A stretch of 64,000 nt of DNA from Candidatus Nitrosocosmicus sp. Lineage in GTDB: Archaea; Thermoproteota; Nitrososphaeria; Nitrososphaerales; Nitrososphaeraceae. The stretch spans positions 1,320-65,319 of the forward strand of contig JAICXY010000001.1 of the NCBI GenBank assembly GCA_025934495.1, given 5' to 3'. Every line of letters begins with the position of its first letter. Positions within the stretch are counted from its first letter, which is position 1. The translations under genes were made by a program, and so were the position numbers. Below, one piece after another: positions 31,898 through 43,945 of the stretch. Under the pieces are notes generated by a model. The model had not been told where the DNA came from, ran no database searches, and worked only from the letters and a program-made list of their open reading frames with translations.

Positions 31898-32620
31898 ATA
31901 TAATAGAGGAATAAAAGATATTTAACTATGGATGTATATATGTGGACTCGGTTTACTTAACAAAAAACTCGGCCTTGAAAATGCCATACTTTTTTTTAAA
32001 CTAAAAAAAGGACATCTTACTATATGTTGACTACCAATACTTTGGGTTTTTTAATTAAAACATTTCGTTTGCTAATTTATTCTTTTACTGTTGAAATTGA
32101 GAATAATATTAAATATATTAGTAATAGTTCTATAATTTGGTATTATTTATACTATTATCCACTCTAATTAACGATGAATCATCCATATAAAATAAGTATT
32201 ATTTATCTGATGGCCTTGACTAGTAATAGTTTCTGTAATTAGTATAAATATTACCAATAATGTTAATGCTCAGTCACAATTAACAACAAAACCACAACAG
32301 CAACAACAATCTTCAATTTTACAAAATGGTAGTAGCAGTAGTAAACCACTAGTAGGCCAGGTATTCATGTTTAAAAGAGTAAATCAGTCAATGAACCACA
32401 GAAATGTGTAGCTTTAGCTAGTGTTTTAAAGGAAAGCAGTGCATGCATATAATTTATGTGATGTTATTGTGTACAAACAATCTCCACCGATAGTGAAAAG
32501 CGATGGTTGGTGTTGAACAATAATCAGATGTAGGCCATTATATTGAATTTGTTCCTGCAACAACACTCAATAATGCTAAAATGTTCATTGGTACTAGCAA
32601 TAATGCCACAAATGTAAATA

Positions 32621-33330
32621 AATGCAAAACCGTATCAAGATCTATTAAGGTGTATAGCAACTGAAGAACTTGCACACATTGAACAGATTACAAACACCAT
32701 TAACGTTTTATTAGATGGTGCTTCAAAAAACTCCATTCAACCTGATGATGAACTACCTTTAGCCGGAGCGCTAGACACTCTCAACATTCATCACTTTTTA
32801 GTTGCAGGTCAAAGTGCTAGACCAGTAGAACCTGCAGGGAACCCTTGGTCAGATTCCTATGTTTATGATAGAGGAAACCTTGTTTTGAATATGATATACA
32901 ACCTTATGCTAGAGTGTACTGGCAAACTACAAAAGTGTAGGTTATACCTGATGAGTAACGATAAAGCATATAGATCAACAGTATCCTATTTAATTGCGAG
33001 ATCTAATAAATGAAAAAGTATTTGCAAAGGCACTTAACTCTTGGTGTGGATTGGGGTAAGTCATTACCTGTACCTAAATTTGATATATTCTCTATGCCCG
33101 AAGTTAAAGAATTAGAAAGAAAGAATTTGCATAATCAAATGTGGACATTTACAAATAAAGGTAAAATATCTCAATTAGATAAAATCTTTAAAGGAGAATC
33201 GCCATTTGACGACGGTGGCACATTAGAAGTTATTGAAGGATTTCCAGAAGGGTTCGAAATAGCTAGTCTACCCGATGCTCCACAAGAATTTGCATCCGGA
33301 TTAGATTCAGAGGTGATGAAATTAATTTAA
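32621..33330 (+). pseudogene. Manganese (non-heme) catalase, 5'-truncated and frameshifted
   Basis: AKPYQDLLRCIATEELAHIE, NIHHFLV, AGNPWS.SYVYD.GNLVL..YNLMLE.TG.LQK.RLY and LGVDWGKSLPVP. N-terminus absent; frameshifts at about 32998-33040. Confidence 0.88.
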
Positions 33331-33652
33331 GAATTACAAACAGCAGTATCAAAGAAAGTATAAACCCCGATTATGGTTGTTATAGACACCAATACTATTA
33401 GTAGTAGTATTAATTCTCCACAAGCTTGATTCATATATTCAAATTATATTTTTTACAATTGAATAAGGAGATATTCTACTTGATAATTGATAGAAAATAA
33501 AAAATAATGTAATTAAAATAGATTAATGATGTTTGAACGTGATATAGTTTTGAATTATTAATAATAATAATGTAATCAATTGTTATACCTGGTTTTCAAT
33601 AAAAAATAGTTTATTGTTACATTATATTAATAAATATTTTATTAGTTAATTC

Positions 33653-33925
33653 TTATTTAGAGTCGGCATCTATTTTGGTCATGCCACGCTTTCGGTACTC
33701 TTCATTTGCTTGTTGACTTTCAGTGCCTGTTTGACCTTGTTCAGTTATTTTTTGATCATTTGGATCTCTGCTTACAGCAGTTGGTTCGCCTGCATTTATT
33801 TTGGCTGGAGTCATTGCTTCATTTTCTTCAAACTCTTTTAAAGGATCGCTTTTTCTATTTTTATTAGTTCCTGCAGCACCTTCTTCATATTCTCGGTTAT
33901 CCGTATTTTCGTTTGAATTTGTCAT
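33653..33925 (-). CDS. Hydrophilic, probably disordered small protein
   Basis: Charged/Gly/Thr-rich 90-aa ATG ORF with an upstream TATA-like element. Confidence 0.7.
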   Translation of the reverse strand: MTNSNENTDNREYEEGAAGTNKNRKSDPLKEFEENEAMTPAKINAGEPTAVSRDPNDQKITEQGQTGTESQQANEEYRKRGMTKIDADSK

Positions 33926-33965
33926 TAATACTATATGATAATAATATTATATAAGTATAGTAAAT

Positions 33966-34250
33966 AGATCTTTTGCATAATTAGAAATATTCCATATGGT
34001 CCATTACTTTTGTATTGTCTTTTATTTAAGTCTGGTTCACTATTCTATAGTTTATCAGACCTGTAACTATGTCCGATATTCTATTGTATTTTATCAATTT
34101 ATTTCTAAATACATCTGCCAATATCCTCTCTATTTTTTCAATCGACAAATAGTGTGCTCTATCAATATCTTTTTTCTAGAATGATTTTTGTTATACTCTT
34201 TTTCTTCTGCAGATAGTTCCAAATTTTTCTGCTTTCTAATTATACACCTT
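33966..34250 (-). mobile_element. DDE_Tnp_4-type 3' remnant
   Basis: TIR 20/21; LSAEEKEYNKNHSRKKILIEHTICRLKK..DVFRNKLIKYNRISDIVTGLINYRI. Confidence 0.8.
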
Positions 34251-36236
34251 TTATCCGTAGAACCTACTTTAGAGAATCGTTATTGTAATGTATCGAAATG
34301 GATAAAACTGATTTAAATGGTGAAACTTTCAGACGTTCTTTTATGTTTTCACAATACATTACAATATTGGAAAAATTAAATTTTATTTCTTCTAGTAATA
34401 TCTCCACCTTAGTATAGTAGTAGTAGTAGGCATCCATTTAACATATTAATAAGGTGTGGTTATAGTTGATTAGGGGTTTATTAGATATGTTGGTCGGTAC
34501 AGTTGAAGGGCCGTCCAACAACAACTATACAATAATCTAGTAAACCCCGGTAACAATATAATCTAGATCGAGATTTAGTAGACTGACCATCATATTACTT
34601 TGATTTGTCGGCATTGTTCTTTTTAATAAGTATTCTAATCCTAGTCCATACCTGTTTAGTAATTTTAATCCATGGTCCGTATCCATAAAATGAAAATCAA
34701 TGATATCTTTAAAATTAAAGCAATTAATCAAGTAATAATGATTTATTCGTTGGTAAGTATTGAGGGATTCTAGTATTGGACTTGTTTGATTTCATTGATG
34801 AAGTATTCTCATCGTATAAAGAGGATAAATGTATAAGAAAATAATTAGAAATTGCGGTGAATTTATTAATTGTTTACCTTCAGAAGAAGATAAACATCCA
34901 TATTGAACTATATTGCTTGGAATGATTAGTAAACTTTATTTCAAATATCAGAAATCTATAAAGCCTAAGGACTCGATTTGAGTTATCTAATGGACTTGAT
35001 GTCCATATTAATAGATCAACAAATCAGATTGATTAATTAAACATGAATAATAGAACTATCCATTGTTTATATAATGGGCCCATAATGAAATTAATATTAC
35101 AATATCCACAATCATTGAACAGTGGTAATCTACATGTCCAGATTCATTAAATACCGTAAGTATATCTATCTTACGTCTTTCCTTTACGTTCTTCCTTTTA
35201 TTCGAAATCCACTATTGATATATTATGGGAAATTAATTCCAGTTTTGTATCACTTGCATACTTTTATCTTGTTAATTATTTTAATCTAATCTGTATAGCA
35301 ATAATATGATTGTGTATCATCTATTACAACCATTTGGTGCTTTATTGTATATAGAATACATCGCGCATGAAACCAATAATACCAAATGAATTCATATCGT
35401 TTTATGAAATATTTAAATTGAAAGAAAAGAATATGTTTTATTCAAATTCAGGAATAAAGGTATTATTAGAAGTATGTAATGATGATCTCTCACCTATTTC
35501 AAACGATAGAAATATTCAATGATTACAAACAAAATTCAAAAAAGTAGATAGATATTGGTATGATTGATGCCGGATCTTAACTTTTTTCAAAGAATTTTTA
35601 GTGAATAACCGTAAGTATGTGGGATTCTGTCGGGTCTAGATTAAGCCAACCTATCCAGCTGCCTCATGGGTGCTGTGGATATGGGCAAAATTTGATACAT
35701 CCATCCATACTTTATTTTACTTTACAGTATAAACCTAAATCATAGGCTTGTTGCACTAGGAGCAGCATTGCTTAATGCAGTAACAGCTTTTTGATGATAT
35801 TGTCAATGCATGAACAGATTGAAAACTTTCCTAAACCTATTGTTGTTACAATGGTTATTGTATAATTATATGAGACTGGGATGTTATTCTTTTTTATCTA
35901 GATAACAAATAAAGCTAGTCTAGTGGAGTATAATCATCATGCTTTGGTGAACATAGATACCTATACTATCCAACAAAAAAAGACAAGAGTCAATTATACA
36001 TTATCATTCATTTTATAGCATGTATCGTTGGATTGATTGATTGACCATATAATAATAATAAAAAACGAGTTGCAGAATTCCACCATTTACATTTATTTTA
36101 CCACAGTATTAATTATGAGATGTTTATTTATAGTACGTATCTGGTTTCGTTTTGACTCAAACAGGGCGTTGCATGAATATCTTTCCATAGCCGACCTACC
36201 ATATAACAGAAAGGTGATGAGAGATATTTCTTTAAC

Positions 36237-36659
36237 TTATGAAAAACCAACATCCTTAATACGACTAAATTCACCAAAGCTGCATCGAGAGCCTGGTGTA
36301 ATTAGATTGAAAAACTGTTGTCCATCTTCTTTTATGGCTTCATCTGCCATCATCTTTGCACCTACTTCTTGAAAATGGTTATGGTCCCTGTAAGACTGTA
36401 CCTCAAGCCATACTTCTTCGTCTTTGGGTTCAGCTGATATTGTTTTGGCAATGTTGGTAAAACCCATCATATCATTTGTACTACCAAGCTGAAAAACTTC
36501 AAATTTCAATACACCGTATTTCTTAAAGGCACCGATAACTCTATCATTGAGCTTTATCAAAGAGTCATGATTCTTTTTTGGTATTCGGTATATGAAAACA
36601 AGAACAAGATTTGTAATTTCGTCTCTTCTTTTATTATCTACTGTATCTATTTGATTCAC
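36237..36659 (-). CDS. DUF1428-like dimeric alpha/beta barrel protein
   Basis: FIYRIPKKNHD, YRDHNHFQEV...MMAD and GEF motifs. Confidence 0.7.
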   Translation of the reverse strand: MNQIDTVDNKRRDEITNLVLVFIYRIPKKNHDSLIKLNDRVIGAFKKYGVLKFEVFQLGSTNDMMGFTNIAKTISAEPKDEEVWLEVQSYRDHNHFQEVGAKMMADEAIKEDGQQFFNLITPGSRCSFGEFSRIKDVGFS

Positions 36660-37907
36660 GGATAGAATTATATCAATATGGTTTAAAAATATAAGGGATT
36701 AACAGTATAGTTAATTACTTTTAAACCTCCTCAATCCAAAGCATCTGTTTTTATATTTTAGATCGAAATATCTTCTGGAGTTTTGGAGTGCTATCATATG
36801 GTATTGTGTATTAACTCCTATACCTGATAGTATCTCTGATCTTGAAAAGTACTGTAATTTATTTGAATTAAAATATTTAGGTCATACTGGCATAAACAGC
36901 TATTTTTTTCAATTTCGATTTTTCGACGAATTAGTCAAGATGAGTAGATGGAAACAGTATATCCAATACTACTGTATCGATTTTACAAAAAATTCCTTGA
37001 ATACATGGCTATAGCCGGTAAATTGACTCGGAAAAATATGTGAAATGATATGAGAATCAAAAGACAAAGTCAAAAAAATTTCTTGAAAATCATACGGTAA
37101 TGTTGATTATGTACAAAACAATGGACAGTAAAAAGATGTTAAAATTTATACTCATTCTGAAACTAGAATCCAGATTGGAGCATATGCTCATAGTTAGAAA
37201 AGATGTGCATAACTAGTAGTCTGTTACATATGAATTGTCATTATTTGGAACAATGTTGACAATAGCAGTAGTTTGATATTATTATGTAGGTATAGATAAT
37301 ATTCATCATTATATTCTTAATGTAAAATCTAACAAATTGAAGTTGTTCTCTAAAGATATTTCTTTGAATTATTATTTTGATAAAATCACATCAAATTATC
37401 ACTATAAACTTCAATTAATATTTGGAAAAGGGAATCTTTTAAAAAAGAATAGGATCATTATTCTTATACAATAACTTTGATTTTATGTTGTATGACAAGG
37501 CATTCTCTATAAATATGAATACATCGATTTGGCAGAGTGGTAATAAAGAATTTTGTGATAACCTCAATACTTTGGCAGAAAAATCTTTTATACCATTAGA
37601 GATTCTTTTCAGAGAAAGTAACAACATTTTAGAGTTTTTTTTCCAAAAAAATTAGTAGATGATAACAATGAATCCAAACTCTGGATTGTATATCACAAAC
37701 TTTATGAAATTGCATCAGTATTAAAAAATCTAAATAACATTTTATATCATGACAGAGTAGATAAAAATCAAAGCTACTTCAAAAAAAAGTAAAGGCGCAT
37801 ACTGAATCCAGAAATCATGTGCTAGATGATATTAGCACACCAAATAAAATAAGCAAGTCCATAATAAAGATATAAAATGATATTGTATCACATTGTAATA
37901 CTTAAGT

Positions 37908-38438
37908 ATGGACAAAAAAGGGAAAACAGTATTAAGGACAATAAGAATACCCCATGAAATTGATCAAATACTTCAAAAGGATGCTAAGACAAAAAGAGTT
38001 AGCATAAATTCACTTATCCATAATTTATTACTAAAATATACAGAATGGGATAGATACAGTGAAAGATTTGGAAGGGTAATGCTAAGGCCTCAAACACTAC
38101 AACTTATTATAGATTCCGTAGATGATATAGAAATCAAAGACATTGGCAGTAAAATTGGAAAGAAGATTCCAAAGGAGTTCTTGTTATTTTGGTTCAAAGA
38201 AATAAATTTAAATTCTTTTTTAGAATATCTTTCTTTACTTTGTAGATACGGAGGGTTTGCTCATTATGAGATAGAATCAAAAGAAAGAGAATTTACAGTT
38301 ACTCTTATTCATAACCTTGGTGAAAAATGGTCATTGTTTTTAAAAAATGTTATAGAACAAGGAATGATTTCTACATTGTCTATATATCCAAAGTTACAGG
38401 TAAGTGAGATATCAGTTGTAGCAAATTTTAAAATTTGA
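37908..38438 (+). CDS. RHH-type regulator with thaumarchaeal C-terminal domain
   Basis: N-terminal RTIRIP..IDQIL..DA....SINSLI (RHH pattern); paralog of the C-terminus of 1040..1825. Confidence 0.75.
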   Translation: MDKKGKTVLRTIRIPHEIDQILQKDAKTKRVSINSLIHNLLLKYTEWDRYSERFGRVMLRPQTLQLIIDSVDDIEIKDIGSKIGKKIPKEFLLFWFKEINLNSFLEYLSLLCRYGGFAHYEIESKEREFTVTLIHNLGEKWSLFLKNVIEQGMISTLSIYPKLQVSEISVVANFKI

Positions 38439-38504
38439 TATTATTTGCTTTCAGTAGTTGCATCAAACATTTTTGAAAATGCCTCTTTTGCTCCTTTTTT
38501 TAAT

Positions 38505-38925
38505 TCTTAGGGACTAAGGTCTTTGTGTAGATATTGACCATCGATATCCAAAAGGGTCTTCTATAGCGCCATGTTTATCACCCCAAATTCATCTTTAACA
38601 GGGACCAACACCTTTGCATCTCTGAAACAGATTGGATAAATGTCTTATCAACATATTCTACATACAAAAATGTTCCACCAGAAGATCCACCCAAAGTTGT
38701 AGGTGATTGGTTTTATATTTGTGGTAATTCATCTGCTAACATTATTGCAGAATCATCTATCTGAAGTTCTGCATGAGATATTGCTTTTCCACCCGGAGTT
38801 CCCATATGAAATTTTTCTTTGGCTCCAAATGCCTTTTATAGAACTCTATTGCCTCTGCACAATTTTTTATATAAAGATAAGGTGTAATTTAATTTATGCC
38901 TCTAGGATTTTTTTTACTTGACTTA
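38505..38925 (-). pseudogene. VOC/glyoxalase (PhnB-like) pseudogene
   Basis: ITPYL.IKNCAEAIEFY, AFGAKE, HAELQIDDSAIMLADE and EDPFGYRWSI, with stops and frameshifts. Confidence 0.8.
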
Positions 38926-39068
38926 TCGATAATATATTATATTTACAATTTAAAAATACGTACGGGAGCAAACGTATAGTTATTATTTTTATTTTTAATT
39001 AAAAGGGATTTAAAAACAACAAAAATAACTCAAAAAGAATATTTTCTTGAATATTAGAATGCATATAA

Positions 39069-39630
39069 TTGGAGACAGATAATAAAAAAAATTATTATGG
39101 TGCCTCCATCATTCCTCATTCAGATAATAAAAATCAAAAACAAAGTGAACAAATATTCATTGATGATGCAATTAATGGATTATTTTCTCAAACTGATGAA
39201 GATTGGTGTGCTATTATTGTAGCTAATAAATCTACAAACAAAAAAGCTGCAGATTATTTAAATCTGTTAAAAGAAAAACATTTCCAAAGATCGACGTAAT
39301 CTTTTTAGATAATGATGTAGGTCCAGGTGTTTGTAGAAATTTAGGAATTCTAAAATCTTTAGAAAGAAAAAGTTCTATAATACTTTTTAATTATTCTGAT
39401 GATATATCTCATCCAAAGAGACTTGAAATTACAAAACAGGCATTTTTAAACAACAGCCAAATTGGTTTAATATATTCGACCTTTAAAGTAATTGATGAAA
39501 ACAATAGATTAGTTCCTATTGAAAGTATTCCTTCAGCCACTTAAATTCTAGAATCTCATAGACGTATCCCCTAGATGGAGATAATGTTTGGATAAAGATG
39601 GGAACGGAAACATGGTATACTAATGAATGA
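39069..39630 (+). pseudogene. Family 2 glycosyltransferase pseudogene
   Basis: FIDDAINGLFSQTDEDW / GPGVCRNLGI / ILFNYSDDISHPKRLE; frameshifted and truncated at an IS end. Confidence 0.75.
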
Positions 39631-39635
39631 AATGA

Positions 39636-39656
39636 TTCTAATTATGCAAGAGATCT
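39636..39656 (+). mobile_element. Solo DDE_Tnp_4-type TIR
   Basis: ttctaattatgcaagagatct is the exact reverse complement of the 19291/31236 TIR. Confidence 0.85.
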
Positions 39657-39679
39657 ATACTCCAGATAAAGTGAGCTCT

Positions 39680-39743
39680 TCAATTGTGAAAAGAGTATGC
39701 AAAAGACAAAGTAATAGGAACTATAAAATATTTCCAGAAACTC
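39680..39743 (+). repeat. 64-bp direct repeat, copy 1
   Basis: 63/64 identical to 43882-43945. Confidence 0.9.
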
Positions 39744-39918
39744 GAAAACTCGACGCAGGTTAGGTGGAAATCGTTTGAAATTTACATAGGCCGTTTTCAA
39801 ATGCCGATTTAAAAATACATTTAGTTATTACTTTTTCAACAATACAATAAAATATAAAAATAACATTGTGCATATTTTAACATTATTATCTGAAATAATT
39901 AAATTAAATGTTAATCAA

Positions 39919-40230
39919 TTACTCTATGGTAATTGTTATATCTTCACTAGTTGCACAAGTGTTTTGTTTTTCTTGATGAATTTTATACAATAGATCAAGT
40001 CCTCCATCTTCTGTTACATAGAGTTGTCTTTGACCATTATACGATACAAGTTCGCAACTAACTAGATAAAATAAATATTTTTTTAGTGTTTTGGATGGAA
40101 GTTGTGACAATTCTTGTATTTCAGTTGGCAGCTCATAAATGGAAATCCCGTTTATACAAAGTAATAAAATCGGTTCTATTATGGATGCTTTCAATTTGGG
40201 AGATCTTTTATTACTAAATAAAAAGGTCAT
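39919..40230 (-). CDS. Winged-helix-like small protein
   Basis: Paralog of 1..297; KYLFYLV..ELVSYNG..LYVTEDGG.DLL. Confidence 0.75.
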   Translation of the reverse strand: MTFLFSNKRSPKLKASIIEPILLLCINGISIYELPTEIQELSQLPSKTLKKYLFYLVSCELVSYNGQRQLYVTEDGGLDLLYKIHQEKQNTCATSEDITITIE

Positions 40231-40247
40231 TTCCTTTAAGATATGTT

Positions 40248-40535
40248 TTAATTCGAATCAGAAATAGAAAAGTGATCAATTTTATTTTCAAAGATAGGCA
40301 TTGTTAGCTGATAGACGGACGGCAGGTTATCCTTTGATTTAAGATGGTTCAAAGTTGAAGCCATCCAAAAATAACTATCACAGATTAGAAAATAATTTTC
40401 TTGTTTTTCTTGTTCTCCATCGGACCAGTTGTTGGTATTGAGATTTTGAAGATATTTTTTCACCAAATCCTGTTCTAAATGTTCATTGTTGACCTGTATT
40501 GTCTTTGTCTTCAATTGCATTGTAATAGATAACAA
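40248..40535 (-). CDS. Hypothetical protein, possibly a degenerate Zn-ribbon
   Basis: YFLICDSYFWMAS segment; lies directly upstream of the wHTH gene on the same strand. Confidence 0.5.
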   Translation of the reverse strand: MLSITMQLKTKTIQVNNEHLEQDLVKKYLQNLNTNNWSDGEQEKQENYFLICDSYFWMASTLNHLKSKDNLPSVYQLTMPIFENKIDHFSISDSN

Positions 40536-40795
40536 TAAGAGTTATAAAAGTAGATCTAATGATTAGATAATATTTTATGATATAATCATAACACTAGAGA
40601 ATAATGATATGTGACAATCTTGTAAACTTCCAATAGATTAGAAGAATAGTATCTACTAATAATTATAAAGCTAATACCATTAAAATACAAGTATTAATAC
40701 AAACAATAAAAATTTCCTTTTAATACAAGATTAATTGAAAAACCATTTATTCTACTTTACAGGATATTGTAGATCCAACACATACAGTAGTAGTA

Positions 40796-40885
40796 GTAGT
40801 ATGAGATGTTCAGAAAATGCTTGTTGATTTTATTTTTAACAATGAGGTTTATAAAAAACATTAATTTATTATGGAATCATTTGGT
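40796..40885 (+). pseudogene. Isochorismatase-family 5' remnant
   Basis: VVV*DVQKMLVDFIFN, homologous to 49950-50010; preceded by an AGT run. Confidence 0.5.
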
Positions 40886-41061
40886 ATTTTTGACATCATA
40901 TTTTGATTTACTTGCCTAATTTGACTATCTTTTTGTTTCATGTATAATATCGCAATTTAGATCAAAAGTTATTTCCTTTTTTGTTGTTTCTATATTTATC
41001 TATATTATTTTATTTAATAATATACGAACCTATAGATCTATAGAATCTTAATTTATCTTAT

Positions 41062-41511
41062 CTAACGGATATAAGAATCAAGAAATTCTCTAAATTCCTT
41101 TGACCGGCTATCCTTTGTTTTATTCCATACCTTTTTAAATTTGGGAATTGTCATCATCGATTCAGCAGTTGCTTTCCAGCGCATCCAAAGTTGCATATCA
41201 ATCATCTTATTTTTGTAAAGATTGAAAATCAGTTCTATATTATCAAAATTCTGTATTATTATATAATATTGTTGAGGGCTATCAACCAGTGAATAGTATT
41301 GTGAAACAACAGGACTCTCCATTGTCATTTCAAGATATTCTTTGCTATGAAAATTATTATAAAGATTTTGTGTTGTTGTTGAATATGCCTGTTGCATGTT
41401 TTGAATTAACATACTTTTTCTCAATGATGAAATTTGAAATATTGTCAAGCCTAAAGAAGTCGCATATATAATTGCACTAATTATTTGAATATAGTCTCCA
41501 AGTTGTACCAT
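41062..41511 (-). CDS. Membrane-anchored hypothetical protein
   Basis: N-terminal TM helix; C-terminal G.ID..LW..W-like helical segment. Confidence 0.65.
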   Translation of the reverse strand: MVQLGDYIQIISAIIYATSLGLTIFQISSLRKSMLIQNMQQAYSTTTQNLYNNFHSKEYLEMTMESPVVSQYYSLVDSPQQYYIIIQNFDNIELIFNLYKNKMIDMQLWMRWKATAESMMTIPKFKKVWNKTKDSRSKEFREFLDSYIR

Positions 41512-41624
41512 GTTTCTTTTAATAGGTATGCATTGATAAAGAATTTAGATTTTATCAAGTCATAGTATCCCTTTCTTCTATCTGTGTGATTATCACTGTA
41601 TTTTATGAAGATAAAGCAATATGC

Positions 41625-42502
41625 CTATGTCCTCAGAAAGGATAACAGATCGGCATTGATTTGATCTTGATGCGTTGCCGTGAGGCCATGAGGTGCACCT
41701 GGATAGTATATTTTCTTTGCATCTTTAATTATCTTTGCAGACTTGACCGCCGAGTCCTTGATGGGAACAATCTGGTCATCCTCACCATGCATGATTAAAG
41801 TAGGGATATCTATTTTCTTGAGATCTTCATTAAAATCAGTTTCAGAGAAAGCCTTGATACATTCGTAAGCATTTTTGAGACCGGTCTGCATACTCCAGAG
41901 CCAGAACTGATCTAATAATCCTTGAGAGACTTTAGCATTTGGTATATTCGCACCATAAAAGGGTTTAGCCAGATCCTTGTAAAACTGCGAGCGGTCCTTT
42001 AGTATATCTCTTCGCAGCTTGTCAAATACATCTATAGCAAGTCCTTCAGGATTGGTATCTGATTCAAGCATTATAGGAGGCACGGCTCCAATGAGAACTG
42101 CTTTGGCAACTCGCTTGCTTCCATGTCGTCCGATGTAGCGTACAACTTCACCGCCGCCAGTAGAGTGTCCTACCAGCGTGACATCCTTGAGATCGAGGGC
42201 CTCTATCACAGCTGCTAGATCATCAGCGTGACATCCTTGAGATCGAGGGCCTCTATCACAGCTGCTAGATCATCAGCATAGCTATCCATGTCGTTTCCCC
42301 AAAAGGTCTGGCTTGACCGACCATGACCACGACGATCATGAGCAACTACGCGGAAACCATTCTGCGCTAGGAAAAACATCTGATTATCCCAAGCATCAGA
42401 ATTCAGCGGCCATCCATGCGAAAAGGTTACAACCGGGCCCTTTCCCCAGTCCTTGTAATATATTTGAGTGCCATCCTTGGTAGTAATAATGTTTGAATTC
42501 AT
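41625..42502 (-). pseudogene. cpo: Non-heme haloperoxidase/perhydrolase (alpha/beta hydrolase) split by a 50-bp tandem duplication
   Basis: [31 protein letters not shown] and GAPHGL; removing one 50-bp unit gives 828 nt (275 aa). Confidence 0.9.
42174..42277. repeat. Exact 50-bp tandem duplication with 4-bp microhomology (cagc)
   Basis: 42174-42223 is identical to 42224-42273, followed by cagc. Confidence 0.95.
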
Positions 42503-42908
42503 ATTAAGAATACCCTCTTCCTTCTTTCAGATTTACTACTTTGTAACTCCTTTTGCTGCATCTAAAATTAATTGAGTAACCATAATAATAAATAATTTTC
42601 ACAATTAAAATAGATGGATTTATTTTGGAATTATATTCTTTCTATTCCGGATACAATTCTTTTCATATTCATCAATTAAATTTCTTTTTTATGGATCAAT
42701 ACAATTAGATTATATTTCTCTCATTCCTAACGAAACCGTCAAACTTTCCTTTTACTTATTCTCTCTTTCCTTCAGAAACTTCATAATATACAATTATTTG
42801 TATAAAGTTATTTGCTTGTATACGAGTCTGTGAACCATGATTTTTACCACCATATTTTTTGATACATTATCAAGCTTGTGGTCATATATAGCAAATGGTG
42901 TATGTTAG

Positions 42909-43802
42909 ATGATGATCAATCGAAAGTTTGGTTGGACTAATTTGGATGTCTCTATAATTGGTCAAGGAACATGGTTAATTGAAAACGCAAATAGTAGCAG
43001 TAGTAGCCATAGTAGTAGCAATGACTATAATCTTGCAATTAAAACTCTTCAAGTAGGACTTGATCTTGGAATGACACATATTGATACAGCAGAAATGTAT
43101 GGAAATGGAAAGACCGAGGAATTGGTCGGTCAAGCCATTGTAGGTAGAAAAAGAGATGAAATATTTTTAGTCAGCAAAGTCCTCCCTTCAAATGCTTCTT
43201 ATGAAGGTACAATAAGGGCTTGTAAAAATAGTTTGAAACGTCTAAAAACCGATTATCTAGATCTATATCTACTTCATTGGCCAAGTTACCAGTATCCAAT
43301 TGCAGAGACAATGCAGGCAATGGAAAAGTTGGTATCAGATAATCTTTTAAAATTTATTGGAGTTAGTAACTTTAACTTGAACGAATTACAGGAGGCTGAA
43401 CAAGCACTACAAAACTAGCGCATTGCATGTAATCAGCTATTGTATAATTTAGGCTATCGTGCAATAGAAAAAAGAATATTGCCATACTGTACAAACAAAG
43501 GAATAGCTGTAGTAGGATATTCACCATTTGGGCATGGGAATTTTTATTCTCCACAGAGTACAAAAGGAAAAGTACTTGTAGAGATTGCAAATCGTCATGG
43601 ACGAACACCCAGGCAGATTGCATTAAGATTTTTATCTTTACATTCTAATGTATTTATAATTCCAAAGACTTCTCATCCAGAAATGGCAAGAGAGAATAGC
43701 CAAAGTGTTGACAAAGACTGGGGTTTGACAGACAAAGATATTGAAGAGATAAACAGAGCATTTCCGGTTTCAGATGGGGATAATCCATTGAAGATGATAT
43801 AA
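42909..43802 (+). pseudogene. Aldo/keto reductase with a single in-frame TAG
   Basis: IDTAEMYG, SKV, LLHWP and IGVSNF; TAG at 43416-43418, then the same frame continues RIACNQLLYNL..YSPFG..IPK. Confidence 0.88.
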
Positions 43803-43881
43803 TTCTAGAAGTTACGAAAGATGGTTTAAATTCATATGTATCACTGTAAAGAAGATATGCGCCAAGACAAAAGAGAATTCC

Positions 43882-43945
43882 TCAATTGTGAAAAGAGTAT
43901 GCAAAAGACAAAGTAATAGCAACTATAAAATATTTCCAGAAACTC
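43882..43945 (+). repeat. 64-bp direct repeat, copy 2
   Basis: 63/64 identical to 39680-39743. Confidence 0.9.

Noticed and set aside
35080-35160. Possible cupredoxin remnant (FNESGHVDYHCS, minus strand)
   Set aside because: Too short, and the downstream His/Met ligands are absent.
33966-39656. Composite transposon bounded by two inward-facing 21-bp TIRs
   Set aside because: Flanks (aat / ata) give no TSD and both appear to be right ends; independent remnants explain them.
43416-43418. Pyrrolysine recoding of the AKR TAG
   Set aside because: No pyl genes in the window, Pyl is not known from this lineage, and other genes here use TAG as a normal stop.
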